Positions 14,115 through 27,841 of a stretch of 64,000 nucleotides of DNA are shown piece by piece. A model generated the notes under the pieces. That model was given only the letters and a program-made list of their open reading frames with translations, made no database searches and was not told the origin of the DNA. The translations under genes were made by a program, and so were the position numbers. Source of the stretch: Flaccisagitta enflata (Eukaryota); the NCBI GenBank assembly GCA_965153355.1, contig OZ231126.1, positions 15,748,001 through 15,812,000 on the forward strand. The letters are read 5' to 3'. Numbering within the stretch: the first letter of the stretch is position 1; the number at the start of each line of letters is the position of its first letter.

Positions 14115-14590
14115 GTTTCTAAAAATGCAAAAATAATTCTGAAAAAAGTTTTAAAGAGCACTTAAGCTCCGATTTTTTGTGTAAAAATTTCATGGGTTTG
14201 GGTCAAATATCTTGGCCACAACATCAATTTGAAGTAAAATAAGCATTTCAAGGAGAAGCTCTTTTGATATAATTTTGTTTTTAAAAGTTCTTTTTGAAAT
14301 GTTCTCATTTCTAAATGGCTTGAGTTACAGATACCAGATTGGTCTCAAATTAAAGTTTATCAAATTTTCTTTGATCTGAGACCAATCCGGCATCTGTGGC
14401 TCAAGCCGTTTAGAAATGAGAGCACTTCAAAGAAAAACTTTCAAAATTGTAATTATGTGAAAAAAGTTTGTTCTTTAAATGCTCATTTTACTTCAAATTG
14501 ATGTTGTGGCTAAGATATTTGACCCAAACCCATGAAATTTTTACACAAGCAATCGTAGCTTAGGTGCTTTAATCTTTCAGAATTATTCCC
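14115..14590. repeat. Palindromic foldback repeat nested in the hAT element
   Basis: Arms ...GTAAAAATTTCATGGGTTTGGGTCAAATATCTT.GCCACAACATCAATTTGAAGTAAAAT... are inverted about ~14360. Confidence 0.8.
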
Positions 14591-15555
14591 TGCGTTAAAG
14601 CAAATGTATTTTCTTATATCTAGTGACATGGTATACCCTGTAATGGTACTTGGTTCTCAGGAATCCTGAGTAATGACAAGGCTGGATACACGGCTACCCC
14701 AGTCGCGTGCGGGTGAGCAGGGGCCATAATTGAGTACACCAGATCATTTGGGCAGGAGCAGTAAGGCCAAAAACTGCAAAAACCCAAAAAAGTAAAGTTG
14801 ACCGACAGATGGACGGACCGACAGACGGACCAACGGACCGACAAAGCGGGGTGAATAGTCGCGTAGCATGCAACTAAAAATGAATATTTTTCAAATGGAA
14901 AAATATAGTTATAATACTTCAATGAAAACCCAGGACTATAGATATAAAATTGATATAAAAATAAACAAGGCCAGATACACGGCTACCAAAGACGCGTGCG
15001 GGTGGGCAGGGGCGGTATTTGAGGTCACTAGATCATCTGGGCAGGAGCAAAAAGGTCAAAGAAATAAAATCATAAAAAAGATAAAGTGTGACCGACCAAC
15101 CAACCGACCGACCAATGGACAAAGCAGCTTGTAGAGTTGCGTGCACGCGACAAAAAGAATGTAGTCGGTAAAAATGAAAGAGGCTTACCGGGTGTTTTAT
15201 TCTTAACTATGAATGAATCAATCATATTTTTTATATAATACAATATTACTATGAAAAAAAACTTAAAAATAACTTCTTATTCAAACAGTCAAATTTTGAC
15301 TAATCATTATTAAAATGGCCAGTTTGTAAATCAAAAGATGAGCATGACTGTTAGGCAGGTAAAGTAACAAACAAACATAATATCAATTAGCCAAGTATTG
15401 ATAATAATTTCTATATTATAATGATTCTTTGAATTAGATTGAATAAATGCTGCATATAGATATTTTCATCTTTTTGATTTAAAAAAAAAAACAACTTAAT
15501 TTGCTTATAGCTACTGTTAGGTGTTTTAGTTATGTTTGTTTATTTCTTTTTGTTT

Positions 15556-15562
<7 letters not shown>

Positions 15563-15649
<87 letters not shown>

Positions 15650-15650
15650 C

Positions 15651-15683
<33 letters not shown>

Positions 15684-15703
15684 TTTTCTCTCTCTCTCTT
15701 TCT

Positions 15704-15766
<63 letters not shown>
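15563..15766. repeat. (TG)n plus (CT)n compound microsatellite
   Basis: Read directly. Confidence 0.97.
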
Positions 15767-15768
<2 letters not shown>

Positions 15769-16809
15769 AGTGCGACTCATAAAAAAAGTAACAACTTTCA
15801 TTCTAATTTTGAAGAATTTGAATTCAACAAATCAAATTGTTGTTCATGAGCGTTTTAAAGAGCTTCAAAAAATGAACAGCTTGGCACCAGTCCCATCAAG
15901 TTCCATCAATTCCTTTAGATTTTATGTTAAAATGAAGACAAATGTATCAAAACCTAAGTGGGAAAACAATAAATTTTCTTTCACAGATTATAGAGGACAA
16001 ATTTTAGTAAAACTGTTGTAATTTCTACAAAAATTGAGCTCATAACTCCAGAAACAGCTCAAATGATAGAGTTTTTCAAGGGTTTTCTTAATGTCATGGA
16101 TTTTGATAGGTTTTCACTTGATTTAAACCTTTTTTGAATGACAAAAGAAAGAATTTTTTCATCACTCAAATTTAAAGAATGATGGAACTTTTTCCCCTCT
16201 TATGATATTCATATTTAAATAGAAGAAAGTCAAAAAAATCAGTGACTAATTTATAGATCTTCAAAAGATCTTTCATTCTAGACCAATCCCAGCCTCCTAG
16301 CTTTCCTCGTTTGGTAATGGCATTAGTTTAAAGTTAAATGGGTATATTTTGGTTATGCGCCATTTTAAACTTGAAAATCAATGCTCTTCAGTCTTTTCTT
16401 CACTGTGTCTAAACGAATTGAGCTAGAAATGTGAGATTGGCGGCAAATGAAAGCTCTTTTGAATATCTTTCAAATGATCTATGATATCAATTGATTTCTT
16501 GTACTACAAAGGATAAAAATCAAATGAAAAGATATTTTTTTTCATATCTTTTGAAGAATTCACAGTTCATACACAGATTCTGACACCATATCTTCTTTTT
16601 ACAATAAAATCCAAGATAATTGATATAATCTTGTGGGATTTGTGACATTGGCTTTATTTGATGACACTCTCTCCATATCTCACAAAGAAAATATTAAAAA
16701 AAGTTTTTTTTTTATGAGAAATATCTTATAGAGCAGCTGTTTCCTTTTTTATGGTTCGCAGTGTAATTCTCTTTTTGTGTTTCTCTTTCTCTATTTTTCT
16801 CTCTTACTC

Positions 16810-17260
<451 letters not shown>

Positions 17261-18454
17261 TTCTTTTGTTTTTCTATATTTCTATCTTTTTAAAATCTTT
17301 TACCCCTGAAACTCTAATGTTCACTCTTTCTTTAACAGATCTGCATTTCTTCTTCTTCCGCTTCCACTTCCGCTTCCACTTCCACCAAAATTTTAAAAAA
17401 CCTGCTTCCACATCCACTTCCACTAGATTGTGAATAACGCTTCACTTCCTTCCTTCCAGTGAAAGTGCCTTCTCCTTCCTTCACTTCCGCTTCCACATCA
17501 CTACTAAAATCTAAACGAAAAAAGATAAAAACATGCGGATTGCACCACTGGTTAGCTCTTGAGCTCTAGTTTATTAATCTCATGGATTTTAGGTTCGATT
17601 TCTAAGGCAAAGGGGCCCAAATTTGAGGCCAAATTGACCAAAATTGGACATTTTCCCAACAACCACTTATTACCCATGTTAGTAAAACAAAAACCGCTAC
17701 TCCAGGGAAGGTAGAAAATCTTCAACAAGACCTGAAATTGCTTTTAAATACCAGAAAGTACCAATTTGATCGCGAACCAAGCCACTGCCATGAATATGGG
17801 GGCATAACAGAACGTCTGGTGTATATAGTTCCAGGCAAGATTCGCGGACTCCCTGGCGGAGCATGAGTAAAATAAGCCATTTTCAAAACCAAATAAATCT
17901 AACATATCTATACATTATTGTGAAGGTAATACTTTACTATATATGAATTCACAACTTCACAACAGATCTTTATGTAAATTAGGTTATAATGACAAAATAT
18001 AAAATTTCCCTTAAATTCAAGATTTAACCATTTGATGAAGTAAGATCGACCAGTAAAGGTCTATATTGGTGCAAATACCTATGGGCAAATGTGTTCACAC
18101 TATATTGATCATTGGGCAGGAGAAGTTTTGAATGATATTAAATGCAAAGACCAAAAAAGTTCAAAATATCAATGTTTTGCATACAGATCAAACAGCTATA
18201 TACAGCAACTTAAAAGCAGCCATGGCAACACGATGCATTTTAGACCGATTACAAGTCCGCGTACATTGCTGCATGAGCGAGTACGATTACACTTACAATT
18301 CCACCAGTCTTTGACAGCGTACAATTGCAACTACAATTAATGCAACTTACTTAGGAGGCTTGTGATTGGGATCGTCCCATATGTCTCTCTATCAAAAAAG
18401 CTGCTGAAGTCCAAATAAAAACTGATAATTTTTGTAGATTTCCTTCTTTCATTC

Positions 18455-18456
18455 AT

Positions 18457-18516
<60 letters not shown>

Positions 18517-18752
18517 TTCTTTTCTTTTCTTTCTTTCTTTCTAATACTCTAGCTTTCTAAGTGACAAATTTGGCTAGATGTTGCCTGTCGATTGGTGAAA
18601 TACAATTTTGAAAACCACAATAATTGCATTCTTTCATTGCGTCTTCTTCTTTTTCTTTTTTTTTTCTTCTTCTTCTTCTTCTTCTTCTTCTTCTTCTTCT
18701 TCTTCTTCTTCTTCTTCTTCTTCTTCTTCTTCTTCTTCTTCTTCTTCTTCTT
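18455..18752. repeat. (TTTC)n and (CTT)n microsatellites
   Basis: Read directly: ~18455-18540 and ~18665-18752. Confidence 0.95.
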
Positions 18753-19022
18753 TTTCTTGTCTCACCAAATACTAGGAGCAAGGAGCAAGGAGCAGTGCTT
18801 GAGAAAATCACTGGGGCATTTGGGCAGGATCAGTAAGCTTAAAAAGCTCAAAAACACTAAAAAAGTAAAAAGGGGACCAACCGACCAACTAACCGACCAA
18901 TCGACCGACAAAGCGGGGTGTAGAGTCGCGTAGCACGCGACTGAAAATACTCATATATCTTCAGAATGCTTCACTTGAAATTTTAGGTGCGTGCGTAGAA
19001 TGTCATGGCCTTTCAGACCATG

Positions 19023-19275
19023 GGCGTGTTTTTAGTGAAAAAAACGCGTTTGTTCCTATTGAACGCGTTTACAGTGTGAACAAATATTCATAAATTCAAC
19101 TGTCCCATTAGGTTGTGAGCGAAGTGAGTGAGAGGACCTGTGAACAGAGCGAGCGAGCGGAGCTAAGCAGAGCACTGCAGAATGAGTGAGCGGGGTGAGC
19201 GGTGCCAGGGAACGAATGTAGCGAGCGACCAAGTGGCCTGTTAGAAACGCGATTGTCTTTGAGTAGAAACATCCT
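19023..19275. mobile_element. Short inserted element rich in GAGC motifs
   Basis: Flanked by a CCATG duplication (19018-19022, 19276-19280), imperfect TIR; a diverged inverted relative lies at ~20300-20490. Confidence 0.55.
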
Positions 19276-21235
19276 CCATGTCGCAGTTTGAACAAAACCT
19301 GATATATTGGTGGGAATCTCAGCGTTATGCATGCGTTATGAGGTGTGAATAAAATCTGAATCGCATCTTTGTAAATATCTCTGAACTGAGTCATTAAGAA
19401 TTTGGCATGTAAACTCGCATATGTCTTCATCAAACGGATAAAAGAGAAAAAAGTTTTGAAAACAGAGAACAGTGCTAGTTTCATGACTCCATAAAAAAAT
19501 CGAAAAAAAAAAACACGTCAAAAATGGTACACGGAAAAACAAGGCCATCACCTATAAGTCCCGTGCGAGACTTACAGATTGACTTAGAATGACTTAGAAT
19601 GATTTGGTGTACCCTAAAATGACTTAAAATGACTTAAAGATATAAAATTGATAAAAAAAGTAAAATGGGGACCGACCAATGGACCAACCAACTAACCAAC
19701 CAACAGATGGACAAAGCGGGGTGTAGAGTCGCGTGCACGCGACTAAAAACCTTCTGATACGCAAAGGTCTCCAATCAACATGATCTTTTTTCTCTTTTCA
19801 ACCAGAATATATCTAGACAAATGAAAATATCCGTTGTTTCCAAAATGTTCCCTCATTCTTGTAAAGCATTACTTTCATCAAAGTTAGAGCGACATTTGAG
19901 CGACAGACCAAAATAAGCCAATAGAGGCCTATTCTGGGCCTTATTGACCTAAGATATGTCAACCTAGAGATTGAAAAGTGTGCCCAGAATCGCTTGTCAT
20001 GTCCAAAGCCCGATGTGATGAATGAGGTTTTCTAATATATTGTCATATCATGGGATTTAGGGGGCGTGCGTTTTTAGTCGCGTGCACGCAACTCTACACC
20101 CCGCTTTGTCCGTCCGTCCGTCCGTCCGTTGGTTGGTCTGTCGGTCCATCACACTTTTACTTCTTTTATCAATTTTATTCCATTTTAAGTCATTTTAGAG
20201 TAAACTTATTCATTCTAAGTCATTTTAAGTCATGCTAAGTAAGTCATTCTGTAAGTGTCGCACGTGACTTATAGGTGTTGGCCTTGTTTAGTCACAATTG
20301 CGGTATAAACGGGCCACTCGTTCGCTTGATACGTTCATTTGCTTGCACCACTCACTGCTACATTTGCTACGCTCACTTGCTCCATCTATAAACTCGCTCA
20401 CTCTATTTACGAGCTTGCTCACACCGCTAACTTCCTAGTGGGACGTTGAAATTTATAGATATGTGTTCATGCTGAAAACGCGTTCAACCCGTATCATTAG
20501 AAAGTAGAATCATGCCCTTACACGGCCTGCTGGATTCCCAATCGTACCTGTAACATGAAATATTGGATGACGCAAAATTGGCTGATATACTGAGTTCTGA
20601 ATGATACTTCCCCGCTCACCCGCATTGCTGCACCTGCCCACCCGCCAGTGACCACTTATTGGTCGTAAATGCGGCTTTGGTTATTACGAATTGGAGTATG
20701 CATGGGAGAAAAAAACTGTCTAATACACATTTTTTACGGCATATTCAGGGCATGCTCTAACAGCATGTTTTTGGCATCAGATGGAATTGTTACATGAACA
20801 TGTCTGAGGCCTACTTACTCCGTTTTTCAAAATCTTATAGCGATTGTAGCGGAATCTGAGAAAAACCATCTAAAATACCTATAATTTTGCTGTTTTGACA
20901 GCATTTTACGGCATATACTGATACTAATTTTCGACATCTTAAGATCAATTCTTTTCAAAATAGTGTCCCTAGAGCAGTTCCACTAACTTTGAGTATGGAT
21001 CAATCTATGCTGCAGTATATCAAAGAGAAACACTAATAAAAAAACAGTAAAAAATGACATTTTTACAGCATTTTACAGCAGTAATTCAAAATTAAATCAG
21101 GAAATTTTTGAGAATTTAGTATGAAGTGATAAATCAAGTATTCCAGATGCCCATCCCATTGGTTATTTTTACCTCCTGTTCGTTTTTGAAAGCCTAAACC
21201 CTTCAACAATGCGTGACTTTCAAAAAACTTGAGGC

Positions 21236-21456
21236 GGCTATAAGAAATGTGTTCACACCTCAAGACATGGAATCACAAAAATACTCATAAATCGAGAGTG
21301 ATATGACTGAGGGACATGAACTTTCAGGGTTAGACGCAGAACTTGATGCTCTTTCAGACCATACCCAGTGCAAACTTCCCTAGTTTCTTATGAAGGGTCT
21401 CAATAGTAGGAAGCGTGACATAAGCGTGACAGGGTGTGAACACATTTCTTATAGCG
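21236..21456. mobile_element. MITE
   Basis: Inverted repeat GCTATAAGAAATGTGTTCACACC at both ends. Confidence 0.75.
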
Positions 21457-22590
21457 CTTTGAAAATTTTATATTTTCACATTGAGACATGACAATGTCAC
21501 GAAACTTGGCATGAACACTCTTATACGTCTTCACTAAACGGGCAAAAAGGAAAAAGTTGAAAAAATCAAGGAAAGATGAGGTTTTTTATCAATAATTGGA
21601 ATTTCTCCCAAAAATAGTCAAAAATAGTGCTTTAAAAAAAATAAAAAAAATGTAATTTTTCTATTAAGAACAAGGACCTCTCAACAAAAGATTTTAAGTC
21701 CTCAAAACCATTACCAGGACCAATGAAAATGTCCCATTTCTTCATATCACATTATGTTTTTTCTCAAATTATACAGTGATGATAGTCAGTGTGACCTAAA
21801 TTGGACATAGAGAAATTGGCCAAATCAGCCCTTTTTTGGGTCTTAGATCCTAATAATATGTCGACACTGAAGAAAGTAGGTTGTTACCAGAGTGCTACCT
21901 GATGTGCCTGACCACCTAGGGACACTTTTCTCAAAAACGAAATTGAGAAAGGATACTTAATATGTCATCTTATAAGGGTATTTCCTTGGCCCGGCGAATC
22001 CCGAATCTTACCTCCATAACCTTTGATTATTTTCCCCCCCCCCCCATCTTTGATTTCTTCCCAGCCATGGCGTTGCGTACAAAATGATTTTCTTTATAAA
22101 AAAGCAGCCACAACTATAAGTGTGTAAGGTTTAAATAGTGTTAAATTGTGTTTTACTTATCATGTTCTATGATTTGTTACTGCCAAAAGTTATATTTTCC
22201 CTTAATTTTTTTCCACCTTCCTTTTCCTTCCCTTTCTCCAAACCCTTTGATTATTTCCCCCCCCCCCCACAATAGGGGGGAGTACAGAACAATATACAGA
22301 CCTGCATTAACATGCTTCAAATCTGCCCTACTAGGCGTCTGCAGGCCCCAAATGTGTTCTCAAGCCAAAGTCAACTGTCTCTCCACCCTTCACAGACCTC
22401 AAATCAGCCATATCAGCCCCAAAACTGCATATATACTGTCTGTACTGGTATAAATCCAAATTTTAGCATATTTTGCTCAGGCATCCATCTTACTCTTAAG
22501 TGGTAATGTTGTCCTACTCATAAAATAAAAGACTTTAGTTAGTTGACTTATCCATGTCTTACCATTTGGAAATTAAGATTATGACTTTTA

Positions 22591-23212
22591 CCGGGTCTTC
22601 AATCTCGACTGGGAAAAAGTATCAAGCTTTTACCCTCAGAATCATGACTTAGAATTAATTTTTCTCATCTCAATGACTTGGAATTAATTTTTCTATGTAG
22701 TACTGTTTTTGACGTTTTTTGTGTCAAAAATTCATTGGTCTGGGTCAAATATTTTGTCCACAACATCAATTTGAAGTAAAACGAGTATTCATGGCTGAAG
22801 CTCAATTTATCCCTTTTTTATCAAAATCATTTTTCTCATATTTCCTCTTTTTTGATCAGTTTGCGCTGCAAATGTCAAAATAGTCATAAAGTAAGGTTGT
22901 ATTACAAAATTTGTTAAAAATATATCTTCTATCAAGACCAATCTGACATTTGTTGCTCAATCCAATGAGAGGTATGAGCAAACCAAAGAAAAACAATTTT
23001 GATGAATCAAGGCTAAATTGAGCTTCATCTGAAAATGCTTCTTTTACTTTAAATTGATGTTGTGGACAAAATATTTGACCCAGACCAATGAAATTTTGTC
23101 ACAAAAAACGTCAAACATAATACTACAAGGAAAAATTAATTCCAGGTTATGGAAAAGAAACATCTGAGAGTAAAAGCTTAATAATTTTACCCAGTCGAGA
23201 TTGAAGACCCGG
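22591..23212. mobile_element. TA-flanked palindromic MITE
   Basis: TIR CCGGGTCTTCAATCTCGACTGGG with TA on both sides; whole element is near-palindromic. Confidence 0.85.
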
Positions 23213-24324
23213 TAGCAGGGTAAAGGAGGTTTTTTATTATCATTTTAGGCAATAATGTTGTCACTAGAAAAATGTGGTAATTTCTTTAGATTCGTACCTA
23301 GGAGAGAGCTATTTTTTTTCTCTTTCAAATGGCAATTATTTATAGAGTTATGATTTTCTAAATCTTTTTTTACATCTCGCAATTATTTGCGATTTTTGCC
23401 GTTTTTTCGGTTATTTGCAATACTTAAAGAATGAGCTCTTGCTTGCAACATCTGACACTAGGGAATCAAAAGACCAATCATTTTCTACCTTCACACATGC
23501 ATAATAGCTTGTACCTACATGACAAAAAGAAATGAAGTAAACATTCTACAAGCAGATCATGATGTGGGACTGTCTCAGGCTTCTATTGAAATCAAAATTG
23601 GCTTTAAAATTCTACTTTAAGGTGGCTGCGCCTTACCTTCTATAAACCCTACCCCTATAGGAAATCCAAAATTTCAAAGTTCTGAAAATCCAATTCTGAC
23701 TGCAGATTTGGAATCTGCAGAAAAAACTGTCAATTGAAAGTGTTTTCCCTTTTTTGATATTCCAATTAGAAGGTAGTTAAATGTGCTGTCAAATATCGCG
23801 AAACATACCTTTCCTTTTAATTTTTTTGTAAAATCATTGAACTTACCTTCTCTAAAAATCTTTAGCGTGGATTTTGATAATGATCCCGAAGGAATTTTGA
23901 AAAAAGAAAAGCACTTTCAACGGACAGTTTTTCATGCAGATCTCAAATCTGCAGTCAAAATTTTGATTTGGGTCATTTGAAATTTTTAGTTTCCTATTGA
24001 CCTATGGGAAGTTAAAGGTAAAGCGCGGAAAGCAAGATGTATACTTTTGAAGCTGAAAATGATGACAATAGAAGCCCAAGACAGCTCCACAACATGAACT
24101 GCTCGTAGAATGTCGATTTTTTTGGTTTTAGTCATTTCAGTACAGGCTAATGCATAATCAAGAAAATATGCTCCGTTTTTGGGCATCGGCCCCAAAGCGT
24201 CGATGTCCTTTAGGACACAGGGGTGAATTTCCAGACGTCTGTCCATCTGTCCGTCCATCCGTCTGTCCGTCCGTCTGTCTATCTGTCCGTCCGTCCGTCC
24301 GTACATCTGTCCCCCCCCGAGGCC

Positions 24325-25180
24325 CAGAGATTTGCGTTACTGTATGTCAGTAGTCGGGCGTTATGAGGTCGTTATATGGTACTACTCGACTCAAAAAAAA
24401 AGCCGCACCCTATTTCAAGTTAATGTCTAAGAAAAAAAAAATCATTTGAAAATTTTTTTGCTAAAGTGATTTGAAAGATTTTTGAATTTTCTTTCATTTT
24501 AGACCAATCCCAGATCTGTATCTTAAACGGTTTAGGAGCTAGAGCTCTACAAAGAAATGCACTATTTTGCTAAAATGCATTTTTTTCATAGGGATTGCGA
24601 AACTGAAATTGGCAACGTTTTTACTTAAACTAATGCCATTTCTAAACGAAAAAAGATAGCAATACCAGATTGGCGCCAAATGAAAGATCTTTTCAAGAGC
24701 TTTCTAATGGTCTAAGATTTTGATTAGTTTTTTTGAAATTTAGTATGACAATTTGTCATTTAAAAGTGCGGCTTTTTTATTGAGTCGAGTAGTAAAAATC
24801 CGCCATTTTATACTAAGGTCGTTATCCCTGAATAACTGGACGTGATTCAAAACAAGGTTACACGTTATTCATGTAAATGTAGAAGGAACAGATTTTGTAT
24901 GAGGTTCATTGCATTTGACTCATGATGATCCTTGTGATATACATTCGCCAAAACACTGTCAAAAGAGAGAGAGAGAGAGAGAGAGAGAAAGCGGTATCAG
25001 ATCGACTTTAAGAAACAAAGGATCATGGAAGAATAGATGAGTGGAGGGGGAAGGAAAAGGAGGAGGAAAAGGAGGAAGAGGAAGAGGAGCGATCGGTTTT
25101 CATGGTGAATTTTCCGTTATCCGTTATCCCATTTGCCCGCACCGATACACGGATTGCCGGGTCTCGATACCTAATCTCTG
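24325..25180. mobile_element. hAT-like non-autonomous element
   Basis: Ends CAGAGATT...AATCTCTG; 8-bp TSD CCGAGGCC / CCAAGGCC (one mismatch). Confidence 0.65.
24382..24792. mobile_element. TA-flanked MITE
   Basis: TIR CTACTCGACTCAA.AAAAAAGCCGCAC with TA flanks. Confidence 0.85.
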
Positions 25181-26755
25181 CCAAGGCCCCAAATCAGCCC
25201 TTTAAGGCCCCAAATCAGCCCCCTCAGACTACAAATCAGACCTCTCAGGCCCAAAATCAGGCCTCCCAGGCCAAAAACTCAGCCCACTCAGACCTAAAAT
25301 CAGCCCTCTCAGGTCTAGAAAAAGCTTTCTTGGGCCTAAAATTAGCCCTCAAATACCCTAAATCAGCCTTGTCAGGTCCAAATTCTGATCACTTGGGTCT
25401 CAATTCAGCCCTCAAAACAACCCTCTAAGGTCTCTAATCTGCTCTCATCCCTGATCTAATTTGAACCCTTATACCCCCCAAATCATAACTTCGGTCCAAT
25501 CAGAGCAGCCCTTAGAAGTGTCCTCTCAGGACGTCTGGAAATTCACCCCTGTGTCCGACAGGACATCGGCCCTTTGAGGCCGCTGCCCTGCTCTCACTCC
25601 ACTTCTTCAGCTGATCACTTCAAGCAGGGCATCGGGTACCGCTGACCATGTGCGATCCTTGGATGACTAGTTATGCCCCATTACCTTGTTGCAAATACCC
25701 CCCTTCTCAAGACACCCTACCTGGAGCATACGATTGATTTTTGCGCACTGCAGCAATTTCTTTCGGCCTTCTGCGCTTGGCATAAAGGTGACTTTTGCCA
25801 CTGCGCGAGTCTCTCCACCCGCATCATTGATAACGGCGGGATGCAAGGATGTCGCACCAGGCTTATTTGCGCGATATTTGTCGATGCGCGCTTCTGGACT
25901 GAAGTCGATGGCGACGTCATGCAATGAAAAACTTTTGAGATTTTCAGTTGCCATTCTAGGTCATGTTGTTTTTATTCCGAGGAAGCAGTCCATGATTAGA
26001 TATTTAAGACTTGTCGATCAATGCCCTAAATCGATTTTTTTTTCCTTTTTTTTTTTTTGCTCTTGCTTTTTTTGCTAGTTCTGAAAACAAAAATTTCATG
26101 ACATTTAACAAAACAAAAAAAAAAAAAAAAAAGAAGAAAATAAACCCAAACACGTTCAAAGTAATGAAACCGACGGCGTTGAATTCAAAAGGATGACTGG
26201 GAGAAGGTAAGTACGTAAGTGGTTTGAAAGTGTGCGGGACGCTGCCCAACTGTAAAGTCAGAACCGTGGCGTTGCCGCTGCAGAGACAGAGATGGCAGCA
26301 CCGTCAGTGACATTCAAAGCAGAGGGATCGGAGACGGTGGGTAAGTAACTTTGGGAGAGCGGGGTGCTCTCCAACGTATGAATTCCGATCTGCGGCGTTG
26401 CGGCTACAAAGGCAGGCATTGCGGCGGAGCCGGCGGCGTCAAGGTTAGTGGCAGCGACAGCGAGAGTGACGCGGGAGCGACAACGGCAGTGACAGCGGCA
26501 GCGTAAGCGGCAGTGGCAGCGGCAGCGGCAGCGACAGCGATAGCGTCACCGTCGGTAACAGAGTCAGTGGCAGTAGGCACCGTCGGTAACAGAGTCAGTG
26601 GCAGTAGGCAGTAGGAACGGGCAATGTCCTTCAGTATCAGAAAACAGCGACGGTGCGGCAGGAAAAGAAGAATCATGCCCGAGATTTTGTCAACCGTGTC
26701 AAGATCGACTGGAGAAACTGGTTTTTTGGTTTGGAGACCAGTTCTGTATGAAAAA

Positions 26756-26806
<51 letters not shown>

Positions 26807-26808
26807 CA

Positions 26809-27196
26809 TGTATGTTCAGTACATCACGACATCTCTGGTCGGGCTCTGCCTTTAGTTAGTTCACATTTAGTCTTCGAAGAAGAAAGACATACAAATAAGA
26901 CGTTCTCTTTTTATAGTAAAAGCAAGGACGTATAAGGCTCATGAATTGGGCTATTTTCTTTGGATTAAACAATCAAACCTACTACTTTTGGAAAGAATCC
27001 GTTTTCTCATTGTAATCTCATTTTATTACAAATCCTTTTACAATTATGCGCCTTACAACCGTCTAATTAATCGTTCACCTTCTAAGAGAAATAAGACAGA
27101 CAGTGATAGTCACCAACAACAGATCCTAAAGTCGACCAGCTAACTACTCAACAAATCTAACTACAGTCCTTTGCTCATAAAGCAGACAATCATTCA
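26809..27196 (+). repeat. Putative 5' LTR of the BEL element
   Basis: Begins TGTATG and ends CATTCA directly before the primer site. The left boundary is uncertain because there is no second LTR to compare. Confidence 0.55.
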
Positions 27197-27214
27197 TGGT
27201 CCCTCGAGCCGGAT
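27197..27214 (+). promoter_or_regulatory. Primer-binding site complementary to the tRNA-Tyr 3' end
   Basis: TGGTCCCTCGAGCCGGAT, one mismatch from the typical BEL site TGGTCCTTCGAGCCGGAT. Confidence 0.8.
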
Positions 27215-27841
27215 CGACCAACGGATCAACCAACCATTTTGTGAAATTTCACTCTCCATTCTTAAATCTCGGAACGCTGAAAAGGAAAAGAAAATCAGGA
27301 TTCTCTCTCTCTTGACTTGGAAGTCAAATAAAACCAACTCCTGTGACCGACCAACCAACTGACTAAGCGGAGTGTAGAGTCGCGTGCACATGACTAAATC
27401 ATTTGTCTCTTTCCAGGAAAAATAAAGATCCCTTTGATGATAAGAACAAAAATTTGAAGAAATCCTTCGAACGAAAGTGTTTATTAAAAATAAACAGAAA
27501 AGAAACAATAAAGAATAAAGATCCCTCAAGATAAGGGGGGAAAATCGACGAAAAGAAAAGTTTCTGGATTTGAAACCAAAAAGTTTAACGTTGTGAAAAA
27601 AGAGAAAAAGTGTTTTCAACTTTCAACAGGAAGTTGAATTGTGGTTGTTGTTATTGATTCAAGACTGTCGTTGGAGGACATTAGATAGGGGAGGGGGGCA
27701 GCAGAGTCGGGGAGAGGTGAAGACCGATTTGTCTAGAACCTAAACTTATCTTTTGTTCTCCAATGAGCGTTAACAACAGCCACAAAAATTGATACACAAA
27801 ACAATTCTGGAACTGCTTTTGCGCTTTTTGGTACTGTAAAC

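Larger units (their letters stand above)
24178..25672 (+). mobile_element. Family C element in opposite orientation, with nested hAT and MITE
   Basis: Same inverted repeats, (GTCC)n, degenerate 21-bp array 25183-25500, and a terminal segment matching 40275-40360. Confidence 0.8.

Noticed and set aside
26660..26710. CPRFCQPCQ as the missing ZDHHC6 exon before FKAPRSHHC
   Set aside because: No GT donor after CAA G, and upstream sequence lacks the TM and GPG..P.GW motifs; it sits in low-complexity sequence with a 31-bp tandem duplication.
27197..27214. tRNA gene fragment
   Set aside because: Only 18 nt complementary to a tRNA 3' end including CCA, which is a retrotransposon primer site.
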